Positions 37,377-48,284 of a stretch of 62,562 nt of DNA are shown here, in pieces. The notes below the pieces were generated by a model, which did no database searches, was not told the origin of the DNA, and worked only from the letters and a program-made list of their open reading frames with translations. The stretch is taken from the UHGV virus genome UHGV-0106067; one strand, written 5' to 3'. How positions within the stretch are numbered: the stretch's first letter is position 1; each line of letters opens with the position of its first letter. This stretch comes from a virus. A program made the position numbers and the translations under genes.

Positions 37377-38639
37377 TTACTTCATCCAGCCTCTGATCTC
37401 TTCGGCTGATGCAGCAGCGCTATAATTCTTCGCTTTTTCCTGTTCGGCTTTTTTATCCCGGAGGTGATTCTGGTACCAAATTTCCAGCTCCTTTTCACGC
37501 CCCGGTTCCAGCAAGGCTGGCATATTGGCGGCAGTCGCTTTGACAAACTCCAGTTTGACCGGATCGCCCTCCGCCCAGGTCTGCCCCTTCTGTAAAAGCT
37601 GTTCAAATTTCTGTTGCTGAATTTTCTGCTGATATTCCGGTAAACCATGCGCAGCTAAAAATTCATCCCTCGCAGCCTGAGCATTACCGCCGTTCTTGAT
37701 CGCTTCCGCTGCTACCTGGCTGGCTTCTTTCTGAATATCTTTCAGAGAAAGCCCCTCCTGCTTCGGCGTGAAATAACCGAAATTTTTCGAAATTTCCGCG
37801 AATTTACTGCGATCCCTGACAAGCTCAACAGCCTTATCAACAGGCACCGCCAGCACGGTTTGATCATCAGGATGTGCACTGCCGTATTCTGTTACAGGTT
37901 TATGCGCGGTGGAGCCATCGCTGTATGTGAGATCAAGGCCAATAAGTACGTACCCTTCCTGCTGCGCCGGTACGATACTGCCAATCCTGGCCTCTTTTAT
38001 CGTCTTTTTCCCGGTTGAATCGGGCATGCCAATACGCTGTTGCAGTTCCGGGGCAAACACACCAGAAAGCGCATCAAGACTTTCCGGGGTATTGAGTGAA
38101 GCGATCGCCCTGTCCGGCTTGTCATCAAAGATTTTTTGCAGGTTGTTCACGGCCTGACCCGCTTTCGCTGCATAGCCTTCACTTGACATAAGAGTTAATG
38201 GATGTCCCTTTGGTAACTGCCCGTAAATACGCATTGCAGCCTCCTGATCGCCAGCATCAATTGCTTTTCCAAGCGCTGTCATTAATGGCTGGCTGTGGGC
38301 AATCATATCGTTATACTCAAGCCGTCGCTGGTTGTATTTTTCCAGTTGCAGCCTCTGCTGAGAAATGCCAAGTGACGCATTCCGGTAATTCTGCGCTGCG
38401 GCGTGTTCCCTCTCTTTCAGCGCATATTCACGATCGGCATTTTTGACATTAAGATCATATGTACGCTGATCATTTTCCTTTCGATGCTCAAACTGCGACT
38501 GCGCAAATTCAAAATCGCGCTCGTTATTTTTCTGTTGTTGAGCAAGCTGTGCTTCACGCAGACCAAGCTCCTTACGACGGGTCATGGCCTGGTCAACGGT
38601 GCTGAATCCGGCAAGTAACCCCTGTGCAAATCCGCTCAT
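37377..38639 (-). CDS. virion-associated protein (coiled-coil rich)
   Basis: 420-aa ORF in the late operon. Confidence 0.45.
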   Translation of the reverse strand: MSGFAQGLLAGFSTVDQAMTRRKELGLREAQLAQQQKNNERDFEFAQSQFEHRKENDQRTYDLNVKNADREYALKEREHAAAQNYRNASLGISQQRLQLEKYNQRRLEYNDMIAHSQPLMTALGKAIDAGDQEAAMRIYGQLPKGHPLTLMSSEGYAAKAGQAVNNLQKIFDDKPDRAIASLNTPESLDALSGVFAPELQQRIGMPDSTGKKTIKEARIGSIVPAQQEGYVLIGLDLTYSDGSTAHKPVTEYGSAHPDDQTVLAVPVDKAVELVRDRSKFAEISKNFGYFTPKQEGLSLKDIQKEASQVAAEAIKNGGNAQAARDEFLAAHGLPEYQQKIQQQKFEQLLQKGQTWAEGDPVKLEFVKATAANMPALLEPGREKELEIWYQNHLRDKKAEQEKAKNYSAAASAEEIRGWMK

Positions 38640-38649
38640 TCACCACTCC

Positions 38650-38901
38650 TTAAAACAACGAACCAGCAAGACCACCGATGACTGCACCAATAGCGGCACC
38701 GGGGAGACCACCAACAGCAGCGCCCATAGCTGCACCCGTACCAATTCCCGTGCCGATATTCTGTTTGTTCTGCGCTTTCTGTTGCGCCGCCATCTGTTTG
38801 TTCGCGGCCTCAATTTCTTCACGTCGTCTGTCGGCATCACTTATTCCCTGTAATGCCTCACGCCGCGACTGATTCGCAATATCCAGTAAACCGTATCCCA
38901 T
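38650..38901 (-). CDS. glycine-zipper membrane protein
   Basis: C-terminal GTGIGTGAAMGAAVGGLPGAAIGAVIGGLAG. Confidence 0.4.
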   Translation of the reverse strand: MGYGLLDIANQSRREALQGISDADRRREEIEAANKQMAAQQKAQNKQNIGTGIGTGAAMGAAVGGLPGAAIGAVIGGLAGSLF

Positions 38902-38910
38902 ATTTCCTCC

Positions 38911-39363
38911 TTACGCTGACACCAGTTGTCCGCCAACACTCAGTTGCTGTCTTGCAGGTGCAGAAGCCCCCGTCAGTATGTTCATCTGGCGATCCTGCTC
39001 TGCTTCACGGATACCATTTTTCGCGCCAGCAATTGCCAGGGCATTACGTAACCCCAGCGTATTACTGTTGGGATTATCAGGTCGGTTAACGCCATATCGT
39101 GCCATCTGGTTATCCTGCGCCATCTGCGCTGTACGGAGACTGGAAGTGGCAAGGCCGCCCACCCGGGCAAGCTGCGCATTCATCAGGCTGTTGTTCTCGC
39201 CAAGGTCAGCCAGCCTTGCCACGCGGGGCAAATATCTGGTTCGCCAGTCGTCGTATTGTTGGCGTGTCAGCGCTGCTGACGTCTGCCAGTCACCCTGTGG
39301 GCGGGCTGCTCCTGAATAACCAGCCCTTGCGAGAGTTTCGTATTTACCGTACTCCATAATCAC
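38911..39363 (-). CDS. hypothetical late protein
   Basis: 150-aa ORF, overlapping stops. Confidence 0.35.
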   Translation of the reverse strand: MIMEYGKYETLARAGYSGAARPQGDWQTSAALTRQQYDDWRTRYLPRVARLADLGENNSLMNAQLARVGGLATSSLRTAQMAQDNQMARYGVNRPDNPNSNTLGLRNALAIAGAKNGIREAEQDRQMNILTGASAPARQQLSVGGQLVSA

Positions 39364-40013
39364 AGTCTCCAGTTCTGAGCCTGATGCTGAATGGCATTAG
39401 CGCCGGTGCCTGGCGTTTTAGCGCCACCACCTCCGTTACCGCCAGCCTTATGCATCGCGTACGCACCTACAGCTCCCAGACCAGCGCCAACAAGAGAAGC
39501 TCGCCCCTGCTGTTTCGTAAACGCAGCCTGTGCGTCCGATTTAGCTTTTGCCAGACTGCTGTCTGCCAGCGAGTTAAAACTCTGTAACGCATCTGCCTTC
39601 TGACCGGAACCGAGAGCAGCAACATCCTGTAGCCCGGCAACATACTTATCTGCCTGCGATACCTGCCCCCGTGTGGTTGTGTCAATCTGCCCGGTTACCT
39701 GATCACTCTGGTTCGCATTCATTACCGCGTTAAAGCGACCACTGGACGGGTCAACACCGGACTGAGCAAGATTACCCGCCAGCTCCTTCCGTGCTTCGCC
39801 AAACTGTTTCTGATACCCCAGATTTGTGGTGCCAGCAATATTGTCGTACTGCTGCTCACTGTTAAGGTCATCGACCTTTTTCATGAAGTTATCTTCTGCC
39901 GGACGGAGAATATTTTTGTAATCCTGCCACCCTTTCCAGGCCACCTCTTCCTGTGCTATTTGCGCTGCTGTTGGTTTTACTTTGGTATCACCACCACCTT
40001 TACTTCCGCCCAT
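39360..40013 (-). CDS. hypothetical late protein (Gly-rich C-terminus)
   Basis: 217-aa ORF. Confidence 0.35.
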   Translation of the reverse strand: MGGSKGGGDTKVKPTAAQIAQEEVAWKGWQDYKNILRPAEDNFMKKVDDLNSEQQYDNIAGTTNLGYQKQFGEARKELAGNLAQSGVDPSSGRFNAVMNANQSDQVTGQIDTTTRGQVSQADKYVAGLQDVAALGSGQKADALQSFNSLADSSLAKAKSDAQAAFTKQQGRASLVGAGLGAVGAYAMHKAGGNGGGGAKTPGTGANAIQHQAQNWRL

Positions 40014-40106
40014 AATGGCTCCTCAGATAACAAAAAACCCTGCCGGAGCAGGGTCAGAATGTGAATTGCAATGTGGGTTTACGCTCGATGATGAATACAG
40101 TGGCAG

Positions 40107-40508
40107 TCAGACTGCTATCCTGAACACCATGAAGCCATCCTCATCATCCGGCATTCGCTCAAAGCCCAGACGTTTTCCCAGCCAGATAAATCCTCGTCTT
40201 GCCGTATGAAATTCGGCCCAGCGTCCGCCAGCCAGGCGGGTTAATGTCTTCACCTCCGGCAGATAACGCTCAACACTCTTACTCCCCGTACACACGCCCA
40301 GTAACACCAGAACATAAGGGATACCATCGTCACTGAGCACAGAACGCAGCACCAGAAAACCATCCGGCGCTTCAAAGCAAAACGCCTGCTTTTTAAGGCA
40401 GGCGTCTTTAACTTCATTCATAAATTCAGGGTTGCGGGAATTTCTCACAACACGCTGCATATACCGGAGAATTCTGTCGTCCATTCTCTCACCTGAAACG
40501 GGTGCCAT
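40107..40508 (-). CDS. hypothetical protein, possibly GNAT-like
   Basis: 133 aa. GFIWLGKRLGFER-type C-terminus. Confidence 0.3.
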   Translation of the reverse strand: MAPVSGERMDDRILRYMQRVVRNSRNPEFMNEVKDACLKKQAFCFEAPDGFLVLRSVLSDDGIPYVLVLLGVCTGSKSVERYLPEVKTLTRLAGGRWAEFHTARRGFIWLGKRLGFERMPDDEDGFMVFRIAV

Positions 40509-40564
40509 ATCGGCTGAACCTCAGCAACCAGTTGACGGGGACTTTCGTCCCCGTCGCGGTTTTC

Positions 40565-40705
40565 CTACTGCTTACACTGTAAGAACGCCGCAAACTCCGC
40601 TCCCCACAAATTCAGCCGGAACTCACACAACGAGCCGTGTAACATCCAGATGGTGAAGATTACCGTCATACAAATTGTGACAGTGATGAGCGATTTTTGC
40701 GACAT
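40565..40705 (-). CDS. second Hok-family type I toxin (HokA-like, 46 aa)
   Basis: Manual translation MSQKSLITVTICMTVIFTIWMLHGSLCEFRLNLWGAEFAAFLQCKQ matches the HokA pattern (M.QK...IC.T..FT.WM..SLCE...E.AAFL.CK). AGGAGG SD 8 nt upstream, embedded in an inverted repeat (tagcgcc...ggcgcta). Confidence 0.65.
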   Translation of the reverse strand: MSQKSLITVTICMTVIFTIWMLHGSLCEFRLNLWGAEFAAFLQCKQ

Positions 40706-40888
40706 AGCGCTTGCCTCCTGAGTGGAGAGGCGCTAACCTTCTACTTGCTTAAGGTATGATGGTTAGGGCCTCGGGTTAAACAAAATGTTTGACTCGGGGC
40801 CTTTCCACATCAGGCCTTCAGGTTCTCCCTCCAGCCATCAGCCGAAAGGCACCCGCGCATAATCTACGATTTTTGCCCTGCACGGGCA

Positions 40889-40916
40889 ACAAAAAACCCG
40901 CCATCACAGCGGGTTA
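40889..40916 (-). terminator. rho-independent terminator of lom (aacccgc-tgtgatg-gcgggtt + T6)
   Basis: Minus strand reads aacccgctgtgatggcgggttttttgttg directly after the lom stop. Confidence 0.55.
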
Positions 40917-40937
40917 TGACATGTTGTCGGATACAGT

Positions 40938-41669
40938 TCAGAATTTCAGGCCAATACCTACAACAACCCCGCTCGTGCGCCAGTCACCAGATCCGGAGCT
41001 TTCATACGCGACATCCATAGCAACACTTTCATTCAGGTTAAATTGTGCACCAGCAGCCCATGCAAGTGCTGTTTTTTTCGTACTGTTGCTTTCAGAAAAT
41101 CCACCGGTACTGTTAATGTTGTCCTTAATTTTCAGGTCAGCGGTAACTTTAGCTACGCCCATACCAGCCATTGCATACACACTGAGGTATTCGTTAAACC
41201 GCCACGAAGGACCCGCTAACAGGCTCCAGTAATTCGCTCTGATATCTGTTCTTCCTGAAGCTGCCGGATTTTTAACCTCTCTGGATTCATCTCCTGGGTT
41301 AATATCAATAAATGCCTGCGCATTAGTCATAGAACGCGCCCATGTAAAAGATGTTATAACACCAATCTCATCCGTTATCTCATAACGATACCTGATGCTC
41401 ATCCCCTGAGGAGATTTGCCTTTGCCATCATGCCCCCGGACAGAAGCATCTGCATATTCGCCTGAATTGAAGTAGTGTCTGTTTGTAAAACGGTTAAAAG
41501 TATCAAGATTATAAAGACTTAAATCCTTAACAAAATTGTTCAGTCCAGAGAGCTGAAGATGAGCGTATCCGAAAGAAACTGTACTGTCACCTTGTGCTGC
41601 ACAGGCAGGGGCTGCTACAAAACTCATCACAAAAGTTGTGCACGCAAAAATAATTCTGGCATGTTTCAT
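40938..41669 (-). CDS. lom: Lom-like outer-membrane protein (Ail/Lom/PagC family)
   Basis: Signal peptide, alternating beta-strand pattern, C-terminal ...GVVVGIGLKF. Confidence 0.8.
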   Translation of the reverse strand: MKHARIIFACTTFVMSFVAAPACAAQGDSTVSFGYAHLQLSGLNNFVKDLSLYNLDTFNRFTNRHYFNSGEYADASVRGHDGKGKSPQGMSIRYRYEITDEIGVITSFTWARSMTNAQAFIDINPGDESREVKNPAASGRTDIRANYWSLLAGPSWRFNEYLSVYAMAGMGVAKVTADLKIKDNINSTGGFSESNSTKKTALAWAAGAQFNLNESVAMDVAYESSGSGDWRTSGVVVGIGLKF

Positions 41670-41755
41670 TTTTAGACTTTTCCTATAATAAAATAACCCC
41701 GTATTATCTAAGATGAATTTAGTTTTATTACTTAATATTCATACTGACAGGCATA

Positions 41756-42382
41756 TCAGTCATATATTGATGAATTAATGACCAGCACTTTATCTATATA
41801 CGGCTTCCGAATATCCCATGTTGCACGACCGGAATAATGCTCACAGGAATATATTTTATTTCCTGTAGCCCCCGTTGATGTGGTGTAAATCGGTCGGTCA
41901 TAAGGTGTACGCTGCCAGTTATAATACCCAACCAGTGCAGGCATAATTGCACATGGATATCCGAGGTCTTTTTCAAATTTGATATCAACAGGTATTAACT
42001 TCGCGTCAAGCAGCATCATTTCGCCATGGTAAATCATCTCACCCGACGGGTTATACATGGCAATACCATACTCAGAAGGTTGAGTAACCATATTCGCAAA
42101 AGCATAAACAGTCGTAACACCAGGATTCGTTCCCCTGACAATTTGATGAAGCCTTAAGGCATGATATCCATCAATCTGTTCATGTGTGTACATGACATCG
42201 GCCTTTTTCTCTGTTCTGATAAAGAAAAAACAACTTTTTCCTGACGGGATTGATGTTTTAAAAAAAGCCTTCTCAGTCGCCGGAATAGTTCCCTTATTGA
42301 TCAGACACTGAGGCGTAAACCCCGGGCTTATCCACAAGCTGCCATCTGGTTTCGTAATGCTTAAACCATACATACAACTCAC
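41756..42382 (-). CDS. hypothetical tail-region protein
   Basis: 208-aa ORF. Confidence 0.35.
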   Translation of the reverse strand: MSCMYGLSITKPDGSLWISPGFTPQCLINKGTIPATEKAFFKTSIPSGKSCFFFIRTEKKADVMYTHEQIDGYHALRLHQIVRGTNPGVTTVYAFANMVTQPSEYGIAMYNPSGEMIYHGEMMLLDAKLIPVDIKFEKDLGYPCAIMPALVGYYNWQRTPYDRPIYTTSTGATGNKIYSCEHYSGRATWDIRKPYIDKVLVINSSIYD

Positions 42383-42660
42383 CCCCAGAATGTATAAATA
42401 TATGACCCCATCCCCTGCTCAAGATTCGACCACGTCACCGTATTGCCATTAATGGTTATCTTCGGTACTTTCCGGTCCTTAAATACATTATTCCACGGAA
42501 ATAATGAACAGACTGCCTGTAATGTTTTCCCTTCTGGTTTATTCGTATACGTTTTTGATCCCGACTCCGACGTAAATCTGTCCAGGAAAAATATGGGAGT
42601 AAGCACGCCCGTAACATTAACATTGTTTCTGTTGTATATTGCAAAACCATATTCTGCCAA
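42379..42660 (-). CDS. hypothetical tail-region protein
   Basis: 93-aa ORF, overlapping stop. Confidence 0.3.
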   Translation of the reverse strand: MAEYGFAIYNRNNVNVTGVLTPIFFLDRFTSESGSKTYTNKPEGKTLQAVCSLFPWNNVFKDRKVPKITINGNTVTWSNLEQGMGSYIYTFWG

Positions 42661-42674
42661 TGTCAGCCTCCGGC

Positions 42675-43943
42675 TCAGCTTAACCTGCCTATGCGAACAG
42701 CCAGGCGTCCGTTCTGGTCATAAACTTCAATTTTATCATTGCGGATCACCAGCCCAACATTCTGATTAGAGTAACGAATTGTCAGTTGCCCCTGCGACGT
42801 AACACTAAAAAGGCCACCAATATTCAGGTTACCCTGAGAATCAACCTGAAAGTTCCCGTTCTGAATAACAGCACTACGGATAACAGGCGACGTGATACTT
42901 GCCCCGGCTTTTACTTCATCTGCCACAACCTTCCGCGACACCAGTGTTTCAATCACCGCGTCATAAATCATCGCTTTGGGAATAACAACTTTTCCACCTG
43001 ACACCGCAAAGGGATAGGCTGTGTTATCCGGGTTGTTCGGGTCAAAGACAAACAACTGCGATGCCGAAATTGCAACCTGGCTTACCGGCTTCCCTTCACC
43101 ATCTTTTCCTGCAACAATTCCGATCCCCGCAGTAATTCCCTCAACGCCGGTCTTTTTTGACCACATGGCCAGGAAAGCTTCACCGCCTTCTTTATCCACC
43201 TTAGTGATGCGCTCATTTACCTTATTAAGCTCTTCACTGGTTGACTTATTCATCCCCGTAACACGGGTATCAATACCACCGATAGTTTTCAGTGTTTCTT
43301 CCCTGAGATTACCCACAACTTCCGTCGTCTCGATTGCCGCGTCCTTTACTGCCTGCCCCTGAGCATTCTTTATTTCCTTACGCAGCTCTTCCACCACCGG
43401 TGACTTTGCAGCCTCCTCCTTGATCTGGTCAATAATGGCCTGAACGCTTATCTGGGTTTGTGCGGGAGTGCCTTTTACCGCGTTCCATGGCCCTTTCACT
43501 CCCGCTGCATTAACAAAGCGTATCCAGTAGAATCCCGACCAGCCCGGATCAACCGGATCACCGTAAACCTGCCCCGGCGTCGTGGCAACCAGCACCGCAT
43601 CCGAAAGGTCATCCTCCGTACCCCGCCAGATTTCAGTCAGTGAATGACCGCGATAATTCGGCATATCCCATTCAAGCAGTACCGAGCCAAATCCCCCTGT
43701 CGCCTTAAAATTCTGAGGTTTCGATGGGAAATCAACGACCATTACAGAGCTGTCCATCTCAATCCCCGGATTAAGGGCATATGCGGCACCACCTGAAGTC
43801 CGGCGACGGGCCAGCTTCAGACCGACCAGTTCTTCACGGGTTACAAAAGCATGACGACCATCGCCACGTTGTCCTGTCCCTATCTCCATATTTTCCACAA
43901 CCGCAGATAAATCCTTTCCTGCGCGCCACGGTTTTTTTGTCAT
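42675..43943 (-). CDS. tail fibre/host-specificity-like protein
   Basis: 422 aa. Beta-rich C-terminal half. Position in the tail cluster. Confidence 0.45.
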   Translation of the reverse strand: MTKKPWRAGKDLSAVVENMEIGTGQRGDGRHAFVTREELVGLKLARRRTSGGAAYALNPGIEMDSSVMVVDFPSKPQNFKATGGFGSVLLEWDMPNYRGHSLTEIWRGTEDDLSDAVLVATTPGQVYGDPVDPGWSGFYWIRFVNAAGVKGPWNAVKGTPAQTQISVQAIIDQIKEEAAKSPVVEELRKEIKNAQGQAVKDAAIETTEVVGNLREETLKTIGGIDTRVTGMNKSTSEELNKVNERITKVDKEGGEAFLAMWSKKTGVEGITAGIGIVAGKDGEGKPVSQVAISASQLFVFDPNNPDNTAYPFAVSGGKVVIPKAMIYDAVIETLVSRKVVADEVKAGASITSPVIRSAVIQNGNFQVDSQGNLNIGGLFSVTSQGQLTIRYSNQNVGLVIRNDKIEVYDQNGRLAVRIGRLS

Positions 43944-45643
43944 ACCGGCAGCTCCGACATCGATGTACTGAGTGTAATACGTTCAACCTGACCAAAACCG
44001 GAAACCAGTATCTGCCAGTTTTGCCCGGTTGCAGCAGGTAATCTCACAACGCTTCCCGAAAAGCTTCCAGGTGCAAGGTGAATCACCGGAACATCATCTG
44101 CCAGCACAGTAATTCCCACCCGCTCTGGCGTCGGAGACTTCACCCTGAGACAGGAGAAAGAGGTTCTTTCCGGAAGGGAAAATACCTTTGAATGCCATCT
44201 GATTGTCGACGGCAAACTCCCTCCGGCGATCGCAGACATGTTTTGTCCTGATACCACCCGCATAACATCGTTAACCAGGTCAACACATGCGCAGTCAAAA
44301 GGTGTACTGAGGTAGCGGATATCCATACCTGCCGGGTTGAAGACAAACACATCCTGCTTACCATCCGGTTTCGTGTAACAGGCAATGTATTCACCACGCC
44401 AGGGATAAGCCACAATGGAGGCCGGATTAAACTGACTCTGCCACTGTTCCGGCGAAATAATCTGCTCCGTCGCCAGAGCGGCATTACCGTTTGCATCAAC
44501 AGACACCAGGCCATTTGTTCCTGCATACAGCACAAAGCCCTCCATCGCGACCATACTCCGCCTGCTCAGACACGCCTGCATTGAAGGAATTCTGGAGCCA
44601 GAAATTGTGGAAGGCGATACACCACTGAACAGATAAGGCTCACCCTTTGTCGCCACCACCAGTGATGTTCCGAGCGGACAGATAGCCACAATATCTTCTG
44701 CCGTCGTGTGACGATTCACTTCCGACCATGCATACGGCAGATACGCTTCCGAAAACATCACTTCATTACCGGCAAATCCGGCGGCAATACCATTCGCCAT
44801 CAGGCAAAGGCCTGTCATATTCTCCGGCGGCGGCAGGTAATCCCATGTCGCCAGCGAAGGTCCAAGATTTTTCGCCGGTATTTTATCCGTGTAACTGAGC
44901 ACGGATGCATCCAGTTCAGCCACGAGTAAAAAATCCGCCTCCCCTCCACCTGATGCAGAACGATAAATACGACGACGTTTAATACTGGCATTCTGCAATG
45001 GCACCGGAGCCAGCGTCAGTTGTACCGCAGTTCCCGGAGTACGGAGTGTTACCTCCAGAGACGCCGGACCTGGCGGACCTTCTTCACCATAATCTGAGAC
45101 AAAGGTTTCCGTATAAAACCGGGTTTCATCATCATTCGGGTTATCGTCAGAAACATCACCGCCCTGCTGAACAGTACAGACAGGAGCTGTCGTCGGCGCG
45201 GGGATCCCCAGACGATACGATGATGTCGGGTGATTCCCGTCCCCTTTTGTGGCAATGGTCGCATCCGTCACTTTAGGAAAACGCCCGTCAGTGTAGTAAA
45301 TACGCCCGTGGGGGTCCTGAGCGATCGGACTGCGGATCACATCCACCACATCCGGCCATGCAAACCAGAAATCGTCACGGTAATGAAAAATTGTTTTTGG
45401 CTTAATTGTGAATGTTTTCTCAACCCCGGATATCTGACGTTCTGGTGTAATAACACCAAACCGGAAATGGCAGTCCTCCGCCAGTACAGCGGAATGCTCG
45501 GGCAGCATGGATGTCACAACGCGCGGCATCATCCCACGCATCGTGGTGATATCGATATAGGGCATAGAAATTCCTTTGACTGCTTCAGGCTTAAAAATCA
45601 GGGGATTTATGATGGAATTCGCTAAAATCGCGATCGGTATCAC
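43940..45643 (-). CDS. tail structural protein
   Basis: 567-aa ORF overlapping the downstream start. Confidence 0.45.
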   Translation of the reverse strand: MIPIAILANSIINPLIFKPEAVKGISMPYIDITTMRGMMPRVVTSMLPEHSAVLAEDCHFRFGVITPERQISGVEKTFTIKPKTIFHYRDDFWFAWPDVVDVIRSPIAQDPHGRIYYTDGRFPKVTDATIATKGDGNHPTSSYRLGIPAPTTAPVCTVQQGGDVSDDNPNDDETRFYTETFVSDYGEEGPPGPASLEVTLRTPGTAVQLTLAPVPLQNASIKRRRIYRSASGGGEADFLLVAELDASVLSYTDKIPAKNLGPSLATWDYLPPPENMTGLCLMANGIAAGFAGNEVMFSEAYLPYAWSEVNRHTTAEDIVAICPLGTSLVVATKGEPYLFSGVSPSTISGSRIPSMQACLSRRSMVAMEGFVLYAGTNGLVSVDANGNAALATEQIISPEQWQSQFNPASIVAYPWRGEYIACYTKPDGKQDVFVFNPAGMDIRYLSTPFDCACVDLVNDVMRVVSGQNMSAIAGGSLPSTIRWHSKVFSLPERTSFSCLRVKSPTPERVGITVLADDVPVIHLAPGSFSGSVVRLPAATGQNWQILVSGFGQVERITLSTSMSELPV

Positions 45644-45928
45644 TGCAACAGAGTGTTGCTATGATATTCTGGACAAGACGCAACAACTCACTAATTGTTA
45701 TCAAACGTCTTTCTTCTGGTCGGGGAGCATGTTGCTCCCCCTTTTTTTACTGCATTACCACCGCAGCTGTAGCAACAAGAGCCAGCACACCACCAAGCCA
45801 CACAAACAGCATGAAGCACATTGCGCCTGTGGTGTAACGTTTTCTTCCGATTGTCCGGCATCTCTCTTTATTCATCATCTGCACCTTCTGAACTATCAGA
45901 AGATTCTGCGCATCCGGCAGGACCACCA

Positions 45929-46429
45929 TCAGGCACCAACAAGCCGTCTGACGCTCACACCATACAGCCCGTTTTTCGCCATTCCCGTATACAGAAAGGT
46001 ATTCACCGTCTTCGTGTGGATACCCATTTCACTGGCAAGGCGACAGGGTCTCGACTGGCGGTAGACATAACCGAACATCACCACCATCTCTGACATCGTC
46101 AGCGGGCGGGCAGCACTGTTATACGTCCAGACGCCGTTGTGTATGGCATCACTTATCTGCTCACCATCACGGAGCAACTCCGCATCCAGTTGCAGAAAAT
46201 GACGCCCCTGGAACATACAGCGCATCAGCCTGCCCAGCAGGCCATCACTAATTATCAGCCAGGATTCGTCAAAGTCCGGGATATAACGGCGGTTCTCCGG
46301 CAGGAAAAACTCCCTCGCCAGTATCACACTGTGTTCCTTCAGTAACGCCTGCAGACCATACTCCAGATAGCGATTCCTGGTAGCCAGAATCACCTTCATC
46401 GCAGCACCTTCCTGTTTTTTATGCCCCAT
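45929..46429 (-). CDS. LuxR/GerE-family transcriptional regulator (C-terminal HTH, degenerate receiver-like N-terminus)
   Basis: C-terminal LTMSEMVVMFGYVYRQSRPCRLASEMGIHTKTVNTFLYTGMAKNGL. Confidence 0.5.
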   Translation of the reverse strand: MGHKKQEGAAMKVILATRNRYLEYGLQALLKEHSVILAREFFLPENRRYIPDFDESWLIISDGLLGRLMRCMFQGRHFLQLDAELLRDGEQISDAIHNGVWTYNSAARPLTMSEMVVMFGYVYRQSRPCRLASEMGIHTKTVNTFLYTGMAKNGLYGVSVRRLVGA

Positions 46430-46487
46430 GAAAAACGGCAGACCAGAGTCCTGCGCCTGCCGTCATACTTCATGTCACCTTCAGCAA

Positions 46488-47762
46488 TTAAAACTCGAAG
46501 TTCACACCAACATTCCAGGAGGCATCGCCATCACTGAATGCCACGCCTGCTTTCGCTGCGGTCTGCTCGTTGAAGCGGTAACCCACACCCACCGCCAGTG
46601 CCTGCTGGTCGCTGTAACCACCAACCGCTGCCGTGGCGTTGAATTTACCCACACTGTACGGCTGGAACAGACCTGTCAGGGCCGCAGACTGTGCTGCTGC
46701 TCGTTTCATTTCCTTATGGTTTTCATTAATCTGGCGCTGCTGGCTGTCCAGACGTGCTGAATGTTGCTGCAGCGTACGGGTATTGGCTGCAATCGCCTTG
46801 CTGTTTTTCTCAATGGATTGCGTGTTACGGGTGACACGGCCATCAATGGCACCAACTGCTGCATCAATACGGTCAGTACGACCAGACAGGGCTACCAGAC
46901 CATCGTTAACAGAAATGGTGTTCTTTGCACCTTCTGCACGGGTCAGGGTGCCGTCAGAACTCACACCAACAGTGGTGCGATCTTTGATGGATTTATCCAG
47001 ATCAACAATAGCATCGCTTACACGCACATTTTTTGGAGCTGTAACATCATGTGTATAGCTGCCATCCTCTTCCTGATAAATGGTTGTATCTGCCTGAATG
47101 GCTGCAACTACATTTTTTACAGACTCTCGCTCCACTGAGCCTGTTTCATCAAGGGTAATGTTACCGTTAGCATCGATAGCAAAAGTTGTGTCTTTATTCA
47201 ACCTATCTATATTGGTAACGATGCGGTTGTATTCCTGCAGAACACCTGGGCCTTGTTTAACAGCAGCAAGCGCGGCATCAGAGTTTCCCCCTGAACGAAC
47301 CGCAGACACATACGCTGGCGCTGTTTCAGATGTAATCTTAGAAGATATATCATCTTTCAAAGCTAATACTTTATCTAAATCATTTTTATTTATTTTTTTC
47401 AAAGACTCTAATTTTAAACTCTCTGAGTAAACAGGAAATGATATTTTATTAGCTATATCCTGTAACTCTTTTTTAAAATCAGGACTATCGACATTATATT
47501 TAAATTTTTTTATCAACGCAGTATACGCATTTTCCATCTCCTTTTTATTATATGACATGACGCTTCCTGTTGCTGTATTAATAGCACCTAAAACCTCTTT
47601 TCCTTGTGCGTCTACTATCTTGGCACCTTCCCCATCCTTGTAAAATTTTACGATGTAATCGCTGCCTTTAACTGGGATATCTAAAGCCATGGCCCCAGAA
47701 CTCACCAGCATCAGTCCGGCAACAGCAGATGAAAGAATAGTCTTTGTAAATTTCTTGCTCAT
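46488..47762 (-). CDS. trimeric autotransporter adhesin (YadA/Eib-like: signal peptide, coiled-coil stalk, YadA-type C-terminal membrane anchor)
   Basis: N-terminal signal peptide [27 protein letters not shown]-terminal ...[37 protein letters not shown] anchor. Confidence 0.75.
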   Translation of the reverse strand: MSKKFTKTILSSAVAGLMLVSSGAMALDIPVKGSDYIVKFYKDGEGAKIVDAQGKEVLGAINTATGSVMSYNKKEMENAYTALIKKFKYNVDSPDFKKELQDIANKISFPVYSESLKLESLKKINKNDLDKVLALKDDISSKITSETAPAYVSAVRSGGNSDAALAAVKQGPGVLQEYNRIVTNIDRLNKDTTFAIDANGNITLDETGSVERESVKNVVAAIQADTTIYQEEDGSYTHDVTAPKNVRVSDAIVDLDKSIKDRTTVGVSSDGTLTRAEGAKNTISVNDGLVALSGRTDRIDAAVGAIDGRVTRNTQSIEKNSKAIAANTRTLQQHSARLDSQQRQINENHKEMKRAAAQSAALTGLFQPYSVGKFNATAAVGGYSDQQALAVGVGYRFNEQTAAKAGVAFSDGDASWNVGVNFEF

Positions 47763-48091
47763 GTGGTATACCCTATAAAATTATCTGTATACAAATAAAA
47801 CAGTTCAACATCGGATATATAAAGAAAATCTGATGTCTCGCCGCTCTCATGAGCTTACTCCTGAAGAAATTCCGAATTTTAATATGAAGTTTTTCGGAAT
47901 TTCCTTACTATAACGTCGGTGATATCACGTCCGCGAAGGGATATCCGCATTACGACTGGCCTGCCACTTATTCTGTCTCTTTATTCATCAACAATTTGTA
48001 TACGGTTACATCTTTAATTGTGAAGTTAGTCACAAAAAGAAGAAAGTCCAATAATCAAATTGTGCTTAACTGTTTACATCAGCACAATCTG

Positions 48092-48124
48092 ATGACCATT
48101 GAATGACCATTGAATGACCATTGA
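48092..48124. repeat. tandem 11-bp repeat (ATGACCATTGA)x3 in the AT-rich region upstream of the adhesin gene
   Basis: Read directly. Confidence 0.8.
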
Positions 48125-48256
48125 AGGACGCACTAAATTATTTTCAGCAATCCCTCAGCCTACGAAAATTCTGTATCCCCTGAATGTTTAATTTACACTC
48201 TTTTTATGCAATTATTCTTTCGACTATAAAAACACCACTATCTCATGTATGACCTT

Positions 48257-48284
48257 GGGGAGCGTGCCGTCTCCCCGTTTTTTC
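48257..48284 (+). terminator. plus-strand terminator-like hairpin ggggag-cgtgccgt-ctcccc + T6 (unit 1 of two related units)
   Basis: Read directly. Confidence 0.4.

Noticed and set aside
45230..46345. Plus-strand ORFs 45230..45625, 45576..46064, 45821..46093, 46139..46345
   Set aside because: Antisense to tail and LuxR genes. No SDs and no protein-like features.
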